Below the pieces are notes generated by a model, which saw nothing but the letters and a program-made list of their open reading frames with translations, did not search any database and had not been told where the DNA came from. Of a stretch of DNA of 64,000 bases, positions 50,531 through 59,740 are shown one piece after another. The translations under genes and the position numbers were made by a program. Within the stretch, counting starts at the first letter, position 1; the number at the start of each line of letters is the position of its first letter. The stretch comes from Patescibacteria group bacterium (GTDB lineage: Bacteria; Patescibacteriota; Patescibacteriia; Patescibacteriales; UBA12465): assembly GCA_028687275.1 (NCBI GenBank), contig JAQUAK010000001.1:507024-571023 (forward strand). Direction: 5' to 3'.

Positions 50531-51778
50531 CTATTGTTGCTTATACTGAAGTAAATATATAGATCCAGCCTGGTCATCACTTACATATATTTTTCCTCCA
50601 GGTAAAGTTAAAACATCCGCTGGTCGCCCCCAAGCCTCGCCCTCAGAAAGAAAACCGGATAAAAACTCTTCCGTTCCAGTATAATTTCCTTCTATATCTA
50701 GCTTCATTCTCACTACCTGATAGCCTATCGGAGTGCTTCTATTCCAAGATCCGTGTTGAGCAACTAATAAATTATATTTATATTCGTCACCAAAACCTTC
50801 TTCTGGTATAAAATCTAATCCGAGAGGAGCCGAATGAGCTGGCATAGTTATAATAGGTGAAATAGTATCTGTGCAAGGATTTCGCTCATATTCTGTATTA
50901 TCGAATTCTGTATCTTGTATTTTATTACCATGGCAAGCCGGCCAACCATAATCTTGATATTCTTGTATTATATTTATTTCTTCTAGTGGGAGTGAATCCC
51001 CCAACCAATCCCTACCCATATCAGCGGCATATATTTCATTATTAAAAGGATTGAGCGTTATAAAAACAGAATTTCTAAGACCGCTTGCATATTCCTTTAA
51101 ATTAGAACCATCGAGATTACTAACAAGTATTTTAGCTCTACGCCAATCCTTCTCGACACAAGCATTGCATTTCGAACCAACTGATATATATAGACGTGGT
51201 CCATTTAAATCATCTTTAATTAAAACATCTCTTGTATAATGACCACCGTCATCAGGAAGCTCAACAATTCTCTCTTCTTCGCCTAGTTTCATTTTTATTT
51301 TATCATATCTAAAACGATAAATAGCATCTGTTTCAGCTAAATATAACCAACACTCATCCTCACTAAAACAATGGTCTACTAAACCATGAGGATTATAGCG
51401 ATTTTCTAAAAGAACAACCTTCTCATCTGCTACGCCGTCATTATTCCTATCAGGCAAGTATATAACTTTACCAGCCTGCATTGAACTTACAATAATTCCT
51501 GCAGGTGCAGCCAAAATATCTCTAACTTTACCAAGCTTTTCAGCAAAAATACTAAGCTCAAAATCATCGGGATAAATGAGAGGGCTATCTATTTTCTCTG
51601 AAATTTCTACTGGCCTGTCAATTAATACTTCAAGAAAGGATTCTGACTGATTACTAGAAGTATATAAGAAATAAGCTGCTAAAGAAAAACCGATTATTAC
51701 TAAGAAAATAAGGATGCTTATAATTATTATTAATTTATTTTTTTTCATATTAATGAAAAGTGAGCGCCGTTTTATCAA
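50531..51778 (-). CDS. Membrane-anchored glucose/sorbosone-dehydrogenase-family beta-propeller (PQQ-type soluble aldose sugar dehydrogenase-like)
   Basis: 415 aa; N-terminal TM; propeller blades with GSDH-like motifs (LENRYNPHGLV, HGSWNRS). Confidence 0.55.
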   Translation of the reverse strand: MIKRRSLFINMKKNKLIIIISILIFLVIIGFSLAAYFLYTSSNQSESFLEVLIDRPVEISEKIDSPLIYPDDFELSIFAEKLGKVRDILAAPAGIIVSSMQAGKVIYLPDRNNDGVADEKVVLLENRYNPHGLVDHCFSEDECWLYLAETDAIYRFRYDKIKMKLGEEERIVELPDDGGHYTRDVLIKDDLNGPRLYISVGSKCNACVEKDWRRAKILVSNLDGSNLKEYASGLRNSVFITLNPFNNEIYAADMGRDWLGDSLPLEEINIIQEYQDYGWPACHGNKIQDTEFDNTEYERNPCTDTISPIITMPAHSAPLGLDFIPEEGFGDEYKYNLLVAQHGSWNRSTPIGYQVVRMKLDIEGNYTGTEEFLSGFLSEGEAWGRPADVLTLPGGKIYVSDDQAGSIYLLQYKQQ

Positions 51779-51877
51779 TTACTATAAATATAACTTTAGT
51801 CTTTACTTATAGTCTCAAAAGGGACATAATTAAAAATGTTTGAGCACAAGTAATAAAATTAATTTTAATTAAACAAT

Positions 51878-52930
51878 ATGGCTAGAATTATTGGGCGAGG
51901 ATATTCTTTTGATGATGTTTTAATCGCACCTAAATATAATAAAATTATTTCACGTAGGGATGTTAATTTTCAAACTCAAGTTACAAAAAATTATAAAATC
52001 GATATTCCAATTCTAGCAGCTAATATGGATACAGTTTGTGAAAGTAAAATGGCCATTGCAATTGGACGTTTAGGAGGACTAGGCGTTATTCATCGCTTTC
52101 TTAGTATAGCACGACAAGCGCAAGAAATCACTGCAGTTAAAGAACAAAAAATTTTAACAGCCGCCGCCCTAGGGGTAAAAGATTATGAAGAGCGACTACC
52201 CGCCCTAGTGGCCGCTGGTGTTGATATTATAGTTTTAGACGTTGCTCACGGCCATTCTAAAAGAGCTGGTAAAGCTTTAGACTATATTAAGAGTCAATAT
52301 CCCCAAATAGATGTAATGGTGGGTAATATTGCCACTAAGGATGCGGCTGAATATTTTATTAGCAAAAAAGCTGATGCAATTAAAATTGGCATTGGTCCTG
52401 GATCTATGTGTACTACTAGAATTATGGCAGGCGCTGGTGTTCCGCAATTAACAGCTATAATGGACGCTTATGAAGCCAGCCAAGGCAGGGTTCCTCTCTG
52501 TGCCGATGGTGGCTTAAAAAATTCTGGAGATATTGTTAAGGCTATCGGAGCTGGAGCTGACTGCGTAATGTCTGGCTCATTCTTTTCTGGAACAAGCGAG
52601 AGCCCTGGTGAAATAATTAAAATAGATAATAAGGAGTTCAAAGAATATCGAGGCATGGCCAGCCTATTAGCTACTGTTAAAAAAATGAACTTAGATGGAT
52701 CTAAAGTTGATGAAGTAGTCCACGTTGAAGGTGAAATGACTAAAATTAATTATAAAGGGCCAATTAAACCTATCATCCATCAATTACTGGGCGGTCTAGC
52801 CTCGGGCATGACTTATGTTGGCGCTAAAGACATTGAATCTCTAAAAGGAAAGGCTGATTTCATAGAAATAAGTAGTGCTGGGTATAACGAGAGTAGGGCG
52901 CACGGAGTTAATCCTATGTTTGAAATTTGA
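51878..52930 (+). CDS. IMP dehydrogenase / GMP reductase family TIM-barrel enzyme lacking the CBS pair
   Basis: 350 aa; catalytic loop [24 protein letters not shown] (active-site Cys), phosphate-binding GG...G; no Bateman domain, so IMPDH versus GMPR cannot be resolved. Confidence 0.8.
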   Translation: MARIIGRGYSFDDVLIAPKYNKIISRRDVNFQTQVTKNYKIDIPILAANMDTVCESKMAIAIGRLGGLGVIHRFLSIARQAQEITAVKEQKILTAAALGVKDYEERLPALVAAGVDIIVLDVAHGHSKRAGKALDYIKSQYPQIDVMVGNIATKDAAEYFISKKADAIKIGIGPGSMCTTRIMAGAGVPQLTAIMDAYEASQGRVPLCADGGLKNSGDIVKAIGAGADCVMSGSFFSGTSESPGEIIKIDNKEFKEYRGMASLLATVKKMNLDGSKVDEVVHVEGEMTKINYKGPIKPIIHQLLGGLASGMTYVGAKDIESLKGKADFIEISSAGYNESRAHGVNPMFEI

Positions 52931-53044
52931 GAAAAGAAGCAGTTTCAAAACTGCTTCTTTTATTATATAAAATGTTACAACAAAAATAAAATAATTCCTG
53001 AAACTTTAGCTTTTTATATATACTGATTTTTATTCTAGAAACGA

Positions 53045-54598
53045 CTAAGGATGGCGATAATTATCAACCGGTGACTTAACAGTATATTCTTCCGATAAAG
53101 ATATAGTCTCAATCAAGTCATAAACACGTTCTACATACTCATCATTCTCATCAAAAACTGAACGCCCTTGAGTTATGTTAAAATCAACCTTCATTACTAA
53201 TATCCCTTCTTTACTCGCGGCCGTAGTAGTAAAATGACACTGACTATTTTCCAATTGTTCACTTATCAAGGCACCATTGTTATAAAAACGCCAATCACAA
53301 GAATATTTTAGTCCTGGTTTTTCGTCAAAAAAATTTTGAATATTTAGCTTCCACATTCTAGCCTGTCCTCTCAAAAATTCAGCATCCAATGGGCTTTCAA
53401 GAGATATGCTAACTTTTCCATCTTTACTATAAACAGTACTTGGTTTTATTTTCATATCCTTTTCTGCAAATCCCTCTCCTTCATTACTATTATTAACTTC
53501 GGATTCCTCGTCTATACCTAACTCTGTCAATTTTTCTTCTAATACTTGCTCGTCCCCGCCCATTTTTTCATCATCTAAAGACACAAAAAGACCATCCAAA
53601 TAATCTTCATAGTCTTTGTAGCCCTGCGCCTCTAACCACTCTTCTAGTTCCAAACGATCCATCGAAACTCCGTCTATTTTTATCTTCATCTCTTTACCTT
53701 CATATACAGGCAAAGCGATGCCAATAACCTTCCCCTCTTGGGCGGCGGATCGAAAATTATCCAAACCAAACATAAAAGCATTGAACTTATCAAACCCAGT
53801 AGCAAGATTACTTGGTAGATTGGCAATAGTAAGAATAGCAGCCGCTGGCTCAGTTATTTTTCTTGCGTCACCTATTATTGCTGAAACGCTATTATTATTA
53901 CCAAGTCCAATATTAGCCGCATCTTCAGAAACTTCTAAAACCAGATCAGCCCCAGCCACAACTATCGCCACTTTGGTAACGGCCGAACCAGCAACTATAG
54001 CGCTCGTCCCTCCAGAAATAATAACCCCGCCTACAAATCCAGCCACCTTACAGCCATCCTTAATTACCACGGCAGCTGTTTCTAGTTTTTGAAACTCATC
54101 TCCAGCCTCATTCCAAGCATCAGCCTGTACCTCGTCTTGAGTTTGTTTTAAAATTTTATAAGCTCGCTGAGCATCTACACCTAAAAATTTTGCCAAAGTT
54201 CTAATCTTCTTGCCGGCAGGAGCTTTATCGAAAACATCGTTAATTTCTTTTGTAGTAACTGCTTGTGCCACATTTAAAAAGTTAAAGCTAAGCTTTTCTT
54301 CAGAATAATCTTCTGCATTTTTTTCTAGCTCCTTAGACTTTTTATCTAGCTTATCCCACATCACAAGCAATGAAGTCATTTGTTTGTCCCACGCATCATA
54401 ACTCTTATACTGTGACGCCTGCATCAACGTTGAATCAGTTAATATTCTTAACTCTAGATAATCCTTAGAAATGTCAATTGTTTCTTCAAAAACAGTTTGT
54501 TCCAAATTGCTTTTATTATTTTCTTTACCTAGAATAAAAAATCCCAAGATTAATATAAGCAAAACCACCCCTACAATAATAAATATTTTTTTGTTCAT
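53045..54598 (-). CDS. Hypothetical secreted/membrane-anchored protein (517 aa)
   Basis: N-terminal TM/signal (KIFIIVGVVLLILILGFFIL), Gly/Ala-rich central segment, acidic linker; no family recognised. Confidence 0.45.
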   Translation of the reverse strand: MNKKIFIIVGVVLLILILGFFILGKENNKSNLEQTVFEETIDISKDYLELRILTDSTLMQASQYKSYDAWDKQMTSLLVMWDKLDKKSKELEKNAEDYSEEKLSFNFLNVAQAVTTKEINDVFDKAPAGKKIRTLAKFLGVDAQRAYKILKQTQDEVQADAWNEAGDEFQKLETAAVVIKDGCKVAGFVGGVIISGGTSAIVAGSAVTKVAIVVAGADLVLEVSEDAANIGLGNNNSVSAIIGDARKITEPAAAILTIANLPSNLATGFDKFNAFMFGLDNFRSAAQEGKVIGIALPVYEGKEMKIKIDGVSMDRLELEEWLEAQGYKDYEDYLDGLFVSLDDEKMGGDEQVLEEKLTELGIDEESEVNNSNEGEGFAEKDMKIKPSTVYSKDGKVSISLESPLDAEFLRGQARMWKLNIQNFFDEKPGLKYSCDWRFYNNGALISEQLENSQCHFTTTAASKEGILVMKVDFNITQGRSVFDENDEYVERVYDLIETISLSEEYTVKSPVDNYRHP

Positions 54599-54703
54599 TT
54601 TTTTATTATTATTTATAATATTAGCTACCTAATAATTAATGCACAGTACTCTTAAATTATACCAAATTATTACATATATTTCGATGCTTTCTTATCTATA
54701 TAC

Positions 54704-54728
54704 AAAAAAATACCTAAACATAGGTATT
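54704..54728 (-). terminator. Intrinsic terminator (hairpin AATACCTATGTTTAGGTATT + T7 on minus strand)
   Basis: 7-bp stem, 6-nt loop, followed by TTTTTTT on the minus strand. Confidence 0.5.
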
Positions 54729-54763
54729 ATATATTGTACGGAATTGTAGGCCACTCTGGAGTC

Positions 54764-54799
54764 AAAATAATAAAAAACCTGGAACTATTTAGTCCCAGG
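54764..54799 (-). terminator. Intrinsic terminator A of gene 54827..55354 (CCTGGGACTAAATAGTTCCAGG + TTTTTTATTATTTT)
   Basis: Hairpin plus T-run on the minus strand ~30 nt past the stop; about 70% identical to terminator B. Confidence 0.55.
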
Positions 54800-54826
54800 A
54801 GTAGACGATACTAACGTCTATAAGAG

Positions 54827-55354
54827 TTATTCAAACAGAAATTGGAAATAGCCCTTATTATCTTCTTCGTACCAAGCGGGTAACTTACCGTTACAAGCTT
54901 GTATATATTGGCATGTTTCAGCAAATGAACATCCAATAATTCTAGCAATAATAGACACGCTCACCGCAACATCTTCTTCTGCGGTTAATCCAGAGGTAGA
55001 TACTCTTAAAATACCCTCCTGTAATTTTTCACCTTTTTTCTCTGGATGAGAATAAAAAATTGAAACACTACCTGCGAATTCCATAGAGTCAGGATTGGCA
55101 GAATTGCCTGAAGACATATCTGATAACATGTGCGATCTTACAGCCTTCTCTATGGCAAAAAATCTGGCCGCCTCGGAAGGCTCTTCGATAGAACCCATTA
55201 CCAAATTCCTCGTTCCTGGCTCCCAAACGATAACCTGTATGCCAGTTCTTTCTTTGTCGTCAGGGCGAACGTCCTTGGGCATGCTGACAAATTTTTTAAA
55301 CAATTTAGTGGCAACGCCAACAATCTCCTGTCTTCTTTCATCTAAATTAATCAT
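54827..55354 (-). CDS. Hypothetical protein (175 aa) in its own strongly signalled transcription unit
   Basis: ORF with strong SD (AAAAGAGGAGG-N7-ATG), near-consensus promoter upstream and intrinsic terminator downstream; no family recognised. Confidence 0.55.
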   Translation of the reverse strand: MINLDERRQEIVGVATKLFKKFVSMPKDVRPDDKERTGIQVIVWEPGTRNLVMGSIEEPSEAARFFAIEKAVRSHMLSDMSSGNSANPDSMEFAGSVSIFYSHPEKKGEKLQEGILRVSTSGLTAEEDVAVSVSIIARIIGCSFAETCQYIQACNGKLPAWYEEDNKGYFQFLFE

Positions 55355-55407
55355 TTCAAAGCCTCCTCTTTTAGTTAAACAATAAATATTTTAAAGGGCA
55401 ATAAAAA

Positions 55408-55437
55408 AAATATAGCATAATTGCTATATTTTTGTCA
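55408..55437 (-). promoter_or_regulatory. Near-consensus sigma70-type promoter P1 (TTGACA-N18-TATATT) for gene 54827..55354
   Basis: -35 TTGACA at rc of 55432-55437; -10 TATATT/CTATAT about 50 nt upstream of the ATG. Confidence 0.5.
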
Positions 55438-55466
55438 AGCACGGGGTCGTGGACTGTGTTGGAACT

Positions 55467-55503
55467 GAAATAATAAAAAATCCCGAAACTATTGCCCCGG
55501 GAT
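55467..55503 (-). terminator. Intrinsic terminator B of gene 55528..55731 (ATCCCGGGGCAATAGTTTCGGGAT + TTTTTTATTATTT)
   Basis: Hairpin plus T-run on the minus strand 25 nt past the stop; sequence-related to terminator A. Confidence 0.55.
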
Positions 55504-55527
55504 GATTCTTGTTGGACCGAGAATCTA

Positions 55528-55731
55528 CTAGTCATATAGTTGCTTGAGGAAATGATCCTCAACTATTTCTACTTGACTTTCGAGTTCGGGATGCTCCCCT
55601 AACAGGTCTTCGACCTCTTTTTTATAACGCAGATAATCTTTTTCTGCATTAGGGTTGCCCATAGTCCATCTTTTTTCGGCTCTTTCTCTCTGGCCGATTA
55701 GAGTGTGCAGTCTTGATCGCGGTGATTCCAT
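55528..55731 (-). CDS. Hypothetical small protein (67 aa), own promoter and terminator
   Basis: MESPRSRLHTLIGQRERAEKRWTMGNPNAEKDYLRYKKEVEDLLGEHPELESQVEIVEDHFLKQLYD; charged and helical; no family recognised. Confidence 0.5.
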   Translation of the reverse strand: MESPRSRLHTLIGQRERAEKRWTMGNPNAEKDYLRYKKEVEDLLGEHPELESQVEIVEDHFLKQLYD

Positions 55732-55774
55732 TTACATATTTTTTAGTTCAACAATTTCATTATAACTACAAAAA

Positions 55775-55803
55775 AAGTATATCATAGATACACTTTTTTG
55801 TCA
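55775..55803 (-). promoter_or_regulatory. Consensus sigma70-type promoter P2 (TTGACA-N17-TATACT) for gene 55528..55731
   Basis: -35 at rc of 55798-55803, -10 at rc of 55775-55780; flanking sequence is a paralogue of P1 (shared TTTTTGTCAA..GCACGGG). Confidence 0.55.
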
Positions 55804-56115
55804 ATAGCACGGGATGCAGGTGCCGCCCCTGCGCCACCGGTTTTGGAGACCGGCGTACTACTGTTATACTAATCCCGCATTTTAAATTAATTTTCTAAGT
55901 CTTTTTATAATAATAAAAAGCTCTTTTACCATTCTACTATCCCCATCAGTAATTAACAAGCGCCCTTTATATCCTTTTTTATTATTACTCTCTGCATGGG
56001 TTTTATTATACACAGAAAATCGTTTTTTACAAATACTGATGAATTTATTACCTTTTCTCTTTTATACCAAATAAACCTCTACAAAAAGAGGTTTATTTAT
56101 ATACTATCACTTAAT

Positions 56116-56256
56116 TTATTCTTCTCCATTATAATCTGATTTCTTAATCTGCATCTCTTCATCACAGCAGATAATTGGGCTACCCCCATCACGAATAAAT
56201 TTTACTTCATTGCCGCAAATGCGACAAAAATATACTTTATCAACACGACTACTCAT
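56116..56256 (-). CDS. Desulforedoxin-like small protein (46 aa, Cys4 FeS4-type metal centre), not in ORF track
   Basis: Hand translation: MSSRVDKVYFCRICGNEVKFIRDGGSPIICCDEEMQIKKSDYNGEE; the CxxCG...GG...CC spacing matches desulforedoxin and the N-terminal domain of desulfoferrodoxin. Lies 19 nt downstream of the AI-2E transporter gene and is followed by a 12-bp-arm hairpin (56068-56098). Confidence 0.6.
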   Translation of the reverse strand: MSSRVDKVYFCRICGNEVKFIRDGGSPIICCDEEMQIKKSDYNGEE

Positions 56257-56275
56257 ATATTTGTTATTTACCTAG

Positions 56276-57487
56276 TTATTTCTTACCAAAATGTTTTAAT
56301 TCTTCTTTGCGCCGTTTCTTTTCTTTCTTCTCTTCTGCTAATCTCTCTACTTCTACTTTCTTAGCAGCATCAATTGCTTCATTTCTATTTTCAGCACAGT
56401 TACCACCATCTAAAGATTCACAAAATTCCATTTCATAGATGTGAAAAATAGTTACCGCAATAGCGATGACAAGAGGGCCAAGTACTACCCCCCAAAAACC
56501 AAAGAGAATTACACCGCCTAAAATAGAAAAAACAACAAAGATAGGGTTGACCTGAGCCTTACCCTTAATCATATAGGCGCGGATAATATTATCAATATTA
56601 CCAATAATAATCGCGCCCCAAAGAATGATAAATATACCCTGCCAAATTTGACCAACTAGAAGATAATATATACCAACGGGTAAATAGAAAAGCATTGAGC
56701 CAAGATATGGTAAAAGTGATAATAGACCGACTAAAATTCCGGCCAAGAGGGCCGGAAAGCCAATAATAGCAAAGCCAATTGCACCCGCCAAGCCTTGTGC
56801 AGCCGCCGTAACAAAGGTAGATAAAATAGTGCTATAACTAACCGCTCGGAATTTTGCAAAAATTTCTCGATCATAAGCATTCGGCAGAGGTGATAAGTAC
56901 ATTAATCTCTCCAACATCTTTTTGCCATCAACGAAGAAGAAAAACATGGTGATGATGATGATAAGCAAAGAAATAATAAAATTTGTTGTACCCTTAACCA
57001 ATACAGTTGCTCCGGATAAAAGCCAATTACTTGAACGCTTAAAAACATCCAAGAACATATTCTTAAAAGAATCGTTGCTATAAATACCAGAAATATCAAA
57101 AACACCAAAAAGCTTTTCTGGCAAAACGCTAGTCTGAATAACACCATTAACGCTGTGCTCATTAAAGAAAGTAACAGCTCGATCATAAGCGCTAACTGAT
57201 TCTTGCCCGGCATATATAACCAAACGAACAGTCGGAATAATAATCAATAAAACTAGAAAAAAACACATAAAAAGGGCGGCCAAATTCTGGCGTCCTTTTA
57301 AAAACTTACTTAGCTTTAAATAAGGCGTATAAAATATTGAAGCTAAAATCGCTGCCACCAATATCTCGGTGAGAAATGGTTTAAAAACAAAATAACATCC
57401 AATAAGTACCAATCCTAATAGTAGGAGTAGGAATGGTTTAGTCAGGCTTTTAGTCATAATGGGCATGGGGGTCGCTATTGCGACCAC
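56276..57487 (-). CDS. AI-2E family transporter (UPF0118/PerM-like permease)
   Basis: 403 aa; 8 TM helices with conserved glycine-rich TM6-7 region; Lys/Glu-rich cytoplasmic tail. Confidence 0.75.
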   Translation of the reverse strand: MVAIATPMPIMTKSLTKPFLLLLLGLVLIGCYFVFKPFLTEILVAAILASIFYTPYLKLSKFLKGRQNLAALFMCFFLVLLIIIPTVRLVIYAGQESVSAYDRAVTFFNEHSVNGVIQTSVLPEKLFGVFDISGIYSNDSFKNMFLDVFKRSSNWLLSGATVLVKGTTNFIISLLIIIITMFFFFVDGKKMLERLMYLSPLPNAYDREIFAKFRAVSYSTILSTFVTAAAQGLAGAIGFAIIGFPALLAGILVGLLSLLPYLGSMLFYLPVGIYYLLVGQIWQGIFIILWGAIIIGNIDNIIRAYMIKGKAQVNPIFVVFSILGGVILFGFWGVVLGPLVIAIAVTIFHIYEMEFCESLDGGNCAENRNEAIDAAKKVEVERLAEEKKEKKRRKEELKHFGKK

Positions 57488-57541
57488 TTAAAAACTAAAG
57501 CTAATAAAAACCAAGCCGCTAAAAAAGGCGGCTGGTATAAA

Positions 57542-57697
57542 TTATTTGGTTTCCTTGTGCATCGTATGCTTTTTACAAGTACTGCAATACTTCTTCATTT
57601 CTAATCTTTCTTTTAAAATTTTCTTATTTTTATGAGAAAAATAATTTACAGTTTTGCACTCCGTGCATTCGAGCTTGATCATGTTATCCTGGGACAT
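57542..57697 (-). CDS. rpmG: 50S ribosomal protein L33
   Basis: Hand translation: [51 protein letters not shown] (51 aa; Cys4 zinc ribbon, bL33 consensus). Missing from the ORF track because it is under 60 aa. Confidence 0.85.
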   Translation of the reverse strand: MSQDNMIKLECTECKTVNYFSHKNKKILKERLEMKKYCSTCKKHTMHKETK

Positions 57698-57863
57698 AAG
57701 ATACAAAAACGACAAAGATGCGATTCTCTAATCTTGAACTCGCAAAACAGTCGTACACTTTTACATTATTTAATTACACTAATACAATAAATAAAAACTA
57801 AACAAAAGTCAACTATTTCAAGTAGCTCAAAGATGATAAGTGGGCAAATATTACCCTAATTAT

Positions 57864-58745
57864 CTATTTTTGGCAATGAGGACAATAATGTGTCCCCCGG
57901 CCAGCCACTTTTATCTTACTAATTATTCCTCCACAAACCAAGCAAGTTTGTCCCTGGCGTTGATATACCTGTAAATAATTAACAAAATTACCTTTTTTAC
58001 CCCTAGCATCAACGTAATTACGAAAAGTGGTGCCTCGAGCTTTAATCGCTTGTTTGATGATAATAATGATAAGATTGTGTAAATCTAGCAATTCCGATCT
58101 TTTTAAGCTCTTAGCTGGCCTGTCAGGCCTAATTTTAGCGGCAAAGAGAGCTTCATCGGCATAAATATTACCTAAGCCAGCAATAAGCTTCTGATTTAAA
58201 ATTACCGCCTTTATCGGCGCACTTCTTTTCTGACATAACTCTTTTAAATAATCAAAGCTAAATTCCTTATCCATTGGCTCTGGACCATAATTATTTTTTA
58301 AAATATCCCGAAGCTCATCGTTACTCACCAACTTAATATAACCAAATTTGCGTATGTCATTAAAATATAGATGTCTGTTTTTATCTAAATCAAAGATGGC
58401 GCGGGTATATTTATTTGGCAATTTACCACCGACAGCTTTAGTTAGAGAATCATCCGATAAACTATGCCCACCCGCTAGAGTTTTATTACTCTGCTCATAA
58501 ATTAACTGCCCTGTCATTTTTAAATGAAATAATAAATGTTTATCAGGCGCACTTAAATCTACAATCAATAGTTTGCCGCGACGACCCAGGGCTACGATTT
58601 TTTTTCCCTTTAGAAATTTAGCCAAAAAAGTCGCCCTAGGAGCGACATTTTTAAAATTAATTATTTTAATAGATTGGAAACTAGCTCCGATTAAATACTT
58701 TTCTAGATCACGGCGCACTGTTTCCACTTCTGGCAATTCAGGCAT
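57864..58745 (-). CDS. mutM: Formamidopyrimidine-DNA glycosylase (Fpg/MutM)
   Basis: Start moved to MPELPEVETVRR (catalytic Pro2 after Met removal); H2TH domain; C-terminal zinc finger CLVCGG...CPHCQK. Confidence 0.85.
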   Translation of the reverse strand: MPELPEVETVRRDLEKYLIGASFQSIKIINFKNVAPRATFLAKFLKGKKIVALGRRGKLLIVDLSAPDKHLLFHLKMTGQLIYEQSNKTLAGGHSLSDDSLTKAVGGKLPNKYTRAIFDLDKNRHLYFNDIRKFGYIKLVSNDELRDILKNNYGPEPMDKEFSFDYLKELCQKRSAPIKAVILNQKLIAGLGNIYADEALFAAKIRPDRPAKSLKRSELLDLHNLIIIIIKQAIKARGTTFRNYVDARGKKGNFVNYLQVYQRQGQTCLVCGGIISKIKVAGRGTHYCPHCQK

Positions 58746-58891
58746 ATCACAAAATAGAAGTAATAGTAATAACAATAGCTAAAACTACTAATTCCACTGC
58801 AAATATTTTAGTTAAACTCCATCCAATTTTATCTGGATCAATTAAAGGCATATACAGACATTATAGCAGAAGCAAGATTTTTATCAAAAGA

Positions 58892-59644
58892 CTAGAAAGG
58901 GCAAACTTTAACAGAATTAGAAACTGCTCCCTGACAAGGGGACGCTTTAACATCTTGGCCACCGAATGAACAAGGAGAAGATGAGGGAGAAGAAGAGGAG
59001 GAGGCAGAAGAGCAAGCTGTTGTGGACACATTACTACCATTAAAATTAAAAATGGAGGCAACATAAATCATCACAGAAACAAAAGCTAAAAGCACAATAA
59101 TTTGTATGTAATTAATTTTCTGTATCTCTTCTTTTTTTCTCACTTCACAAACTCCGCCAGGACAAAGCTCTGCCTTATCTTTATTAAATAAATTATATAA
59201 ACGACAACCAACACAAATACCAAAAGAAGTTTCAAAGAAAAGTAAGAAAACACAAATAAAACAAATTAAGCAACTAAAGATAACAGAAAAGAGTCCAAAA
59301 ACTGTGGTAAAAAGCATTATTATAGCTAAGCCCAGCCCCATGCTCCAAGCAAATCGTTTCTGGGGAGCGCCCGTATACTCAGGTTTTTGTCCAGAAACAA
59401 ATAAGCGTCCCAAAATCATAACTGGTGCATATTTTGGATTAATGAAAACTCTAATTACAAATTCAATAGTGAAGGCAACAATAAATATTTTAATAAACAC
59501 AAAATTTCCTAAAAGCATCACATTAAGCAAGGAAATCATCGCAAAGAAAAATAAAATACCAGCCGAAGCTCGCGCCTCTCTTTCATTTAAAACTGGAACT
59601 GAAAATCCGGTGACTTTCTCACCAAATTGAAATATTTTAAGCAT
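58892..59644 (-). CDS. Polytopic membrane protein, DUF4395-like, with Cys/Ser-rich C-terminal tail
   Basis: 250 aa; four TM helices; CxxC-type pairs (CVGCRLY; CPGGVCEV) and a Ser/Cys-rich extracytoplasmic tail. Confidence 0.4.
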   Translation of the reverse strand: MLKIFQFGEKVTGFSVPVLNEREARASAGILFFFAMISLLNVMLLGNFVFIKIFIVAFTIEFVIRVFINPKYAPVMILGRLFVSGQKPEYTGAPQKRFAWSMGLGLAIIMLFTTVFGLFSVIFSCLICFICVFLLFFETSFGICVGCRLYNLFNKDKAELCPGGVCEVRKKEEIQKINYIQIIVLLAFVSVMIYVASIFNFNGSNVSTTACSSASSSSSPSSSPCSFGGQDVKASPCQGAVSNSVKVCPF

Positions 59645-59740
59645 ATAATAAAATTTAATTAATAAGAAAAATTATAGCTTATTAATAATTTTAACTCAAA
59701 TATAACAAAAGACTCCCAAAATGGAAGTCTTAACTTAATG

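Noticed and set aside
55371-55562. 63-aa minus-strand ORF from the track
   Set aside because: It spans the terminator-B hairpin and the P1 promoter and overlaps the 3' end of the 67-aa gene in another frame; almost certainly non-coding.
55806-55880. Possible tRNA or tRNA-like gene in the GC-rich element (anticodon-like loop CTCCAAA = CCA/Trp)
   Set aside because: Only a 6-bp terminal helix; no canonical D arm or TTCRA T-loop could be folded. Kept as a structured element, not a tRNA.
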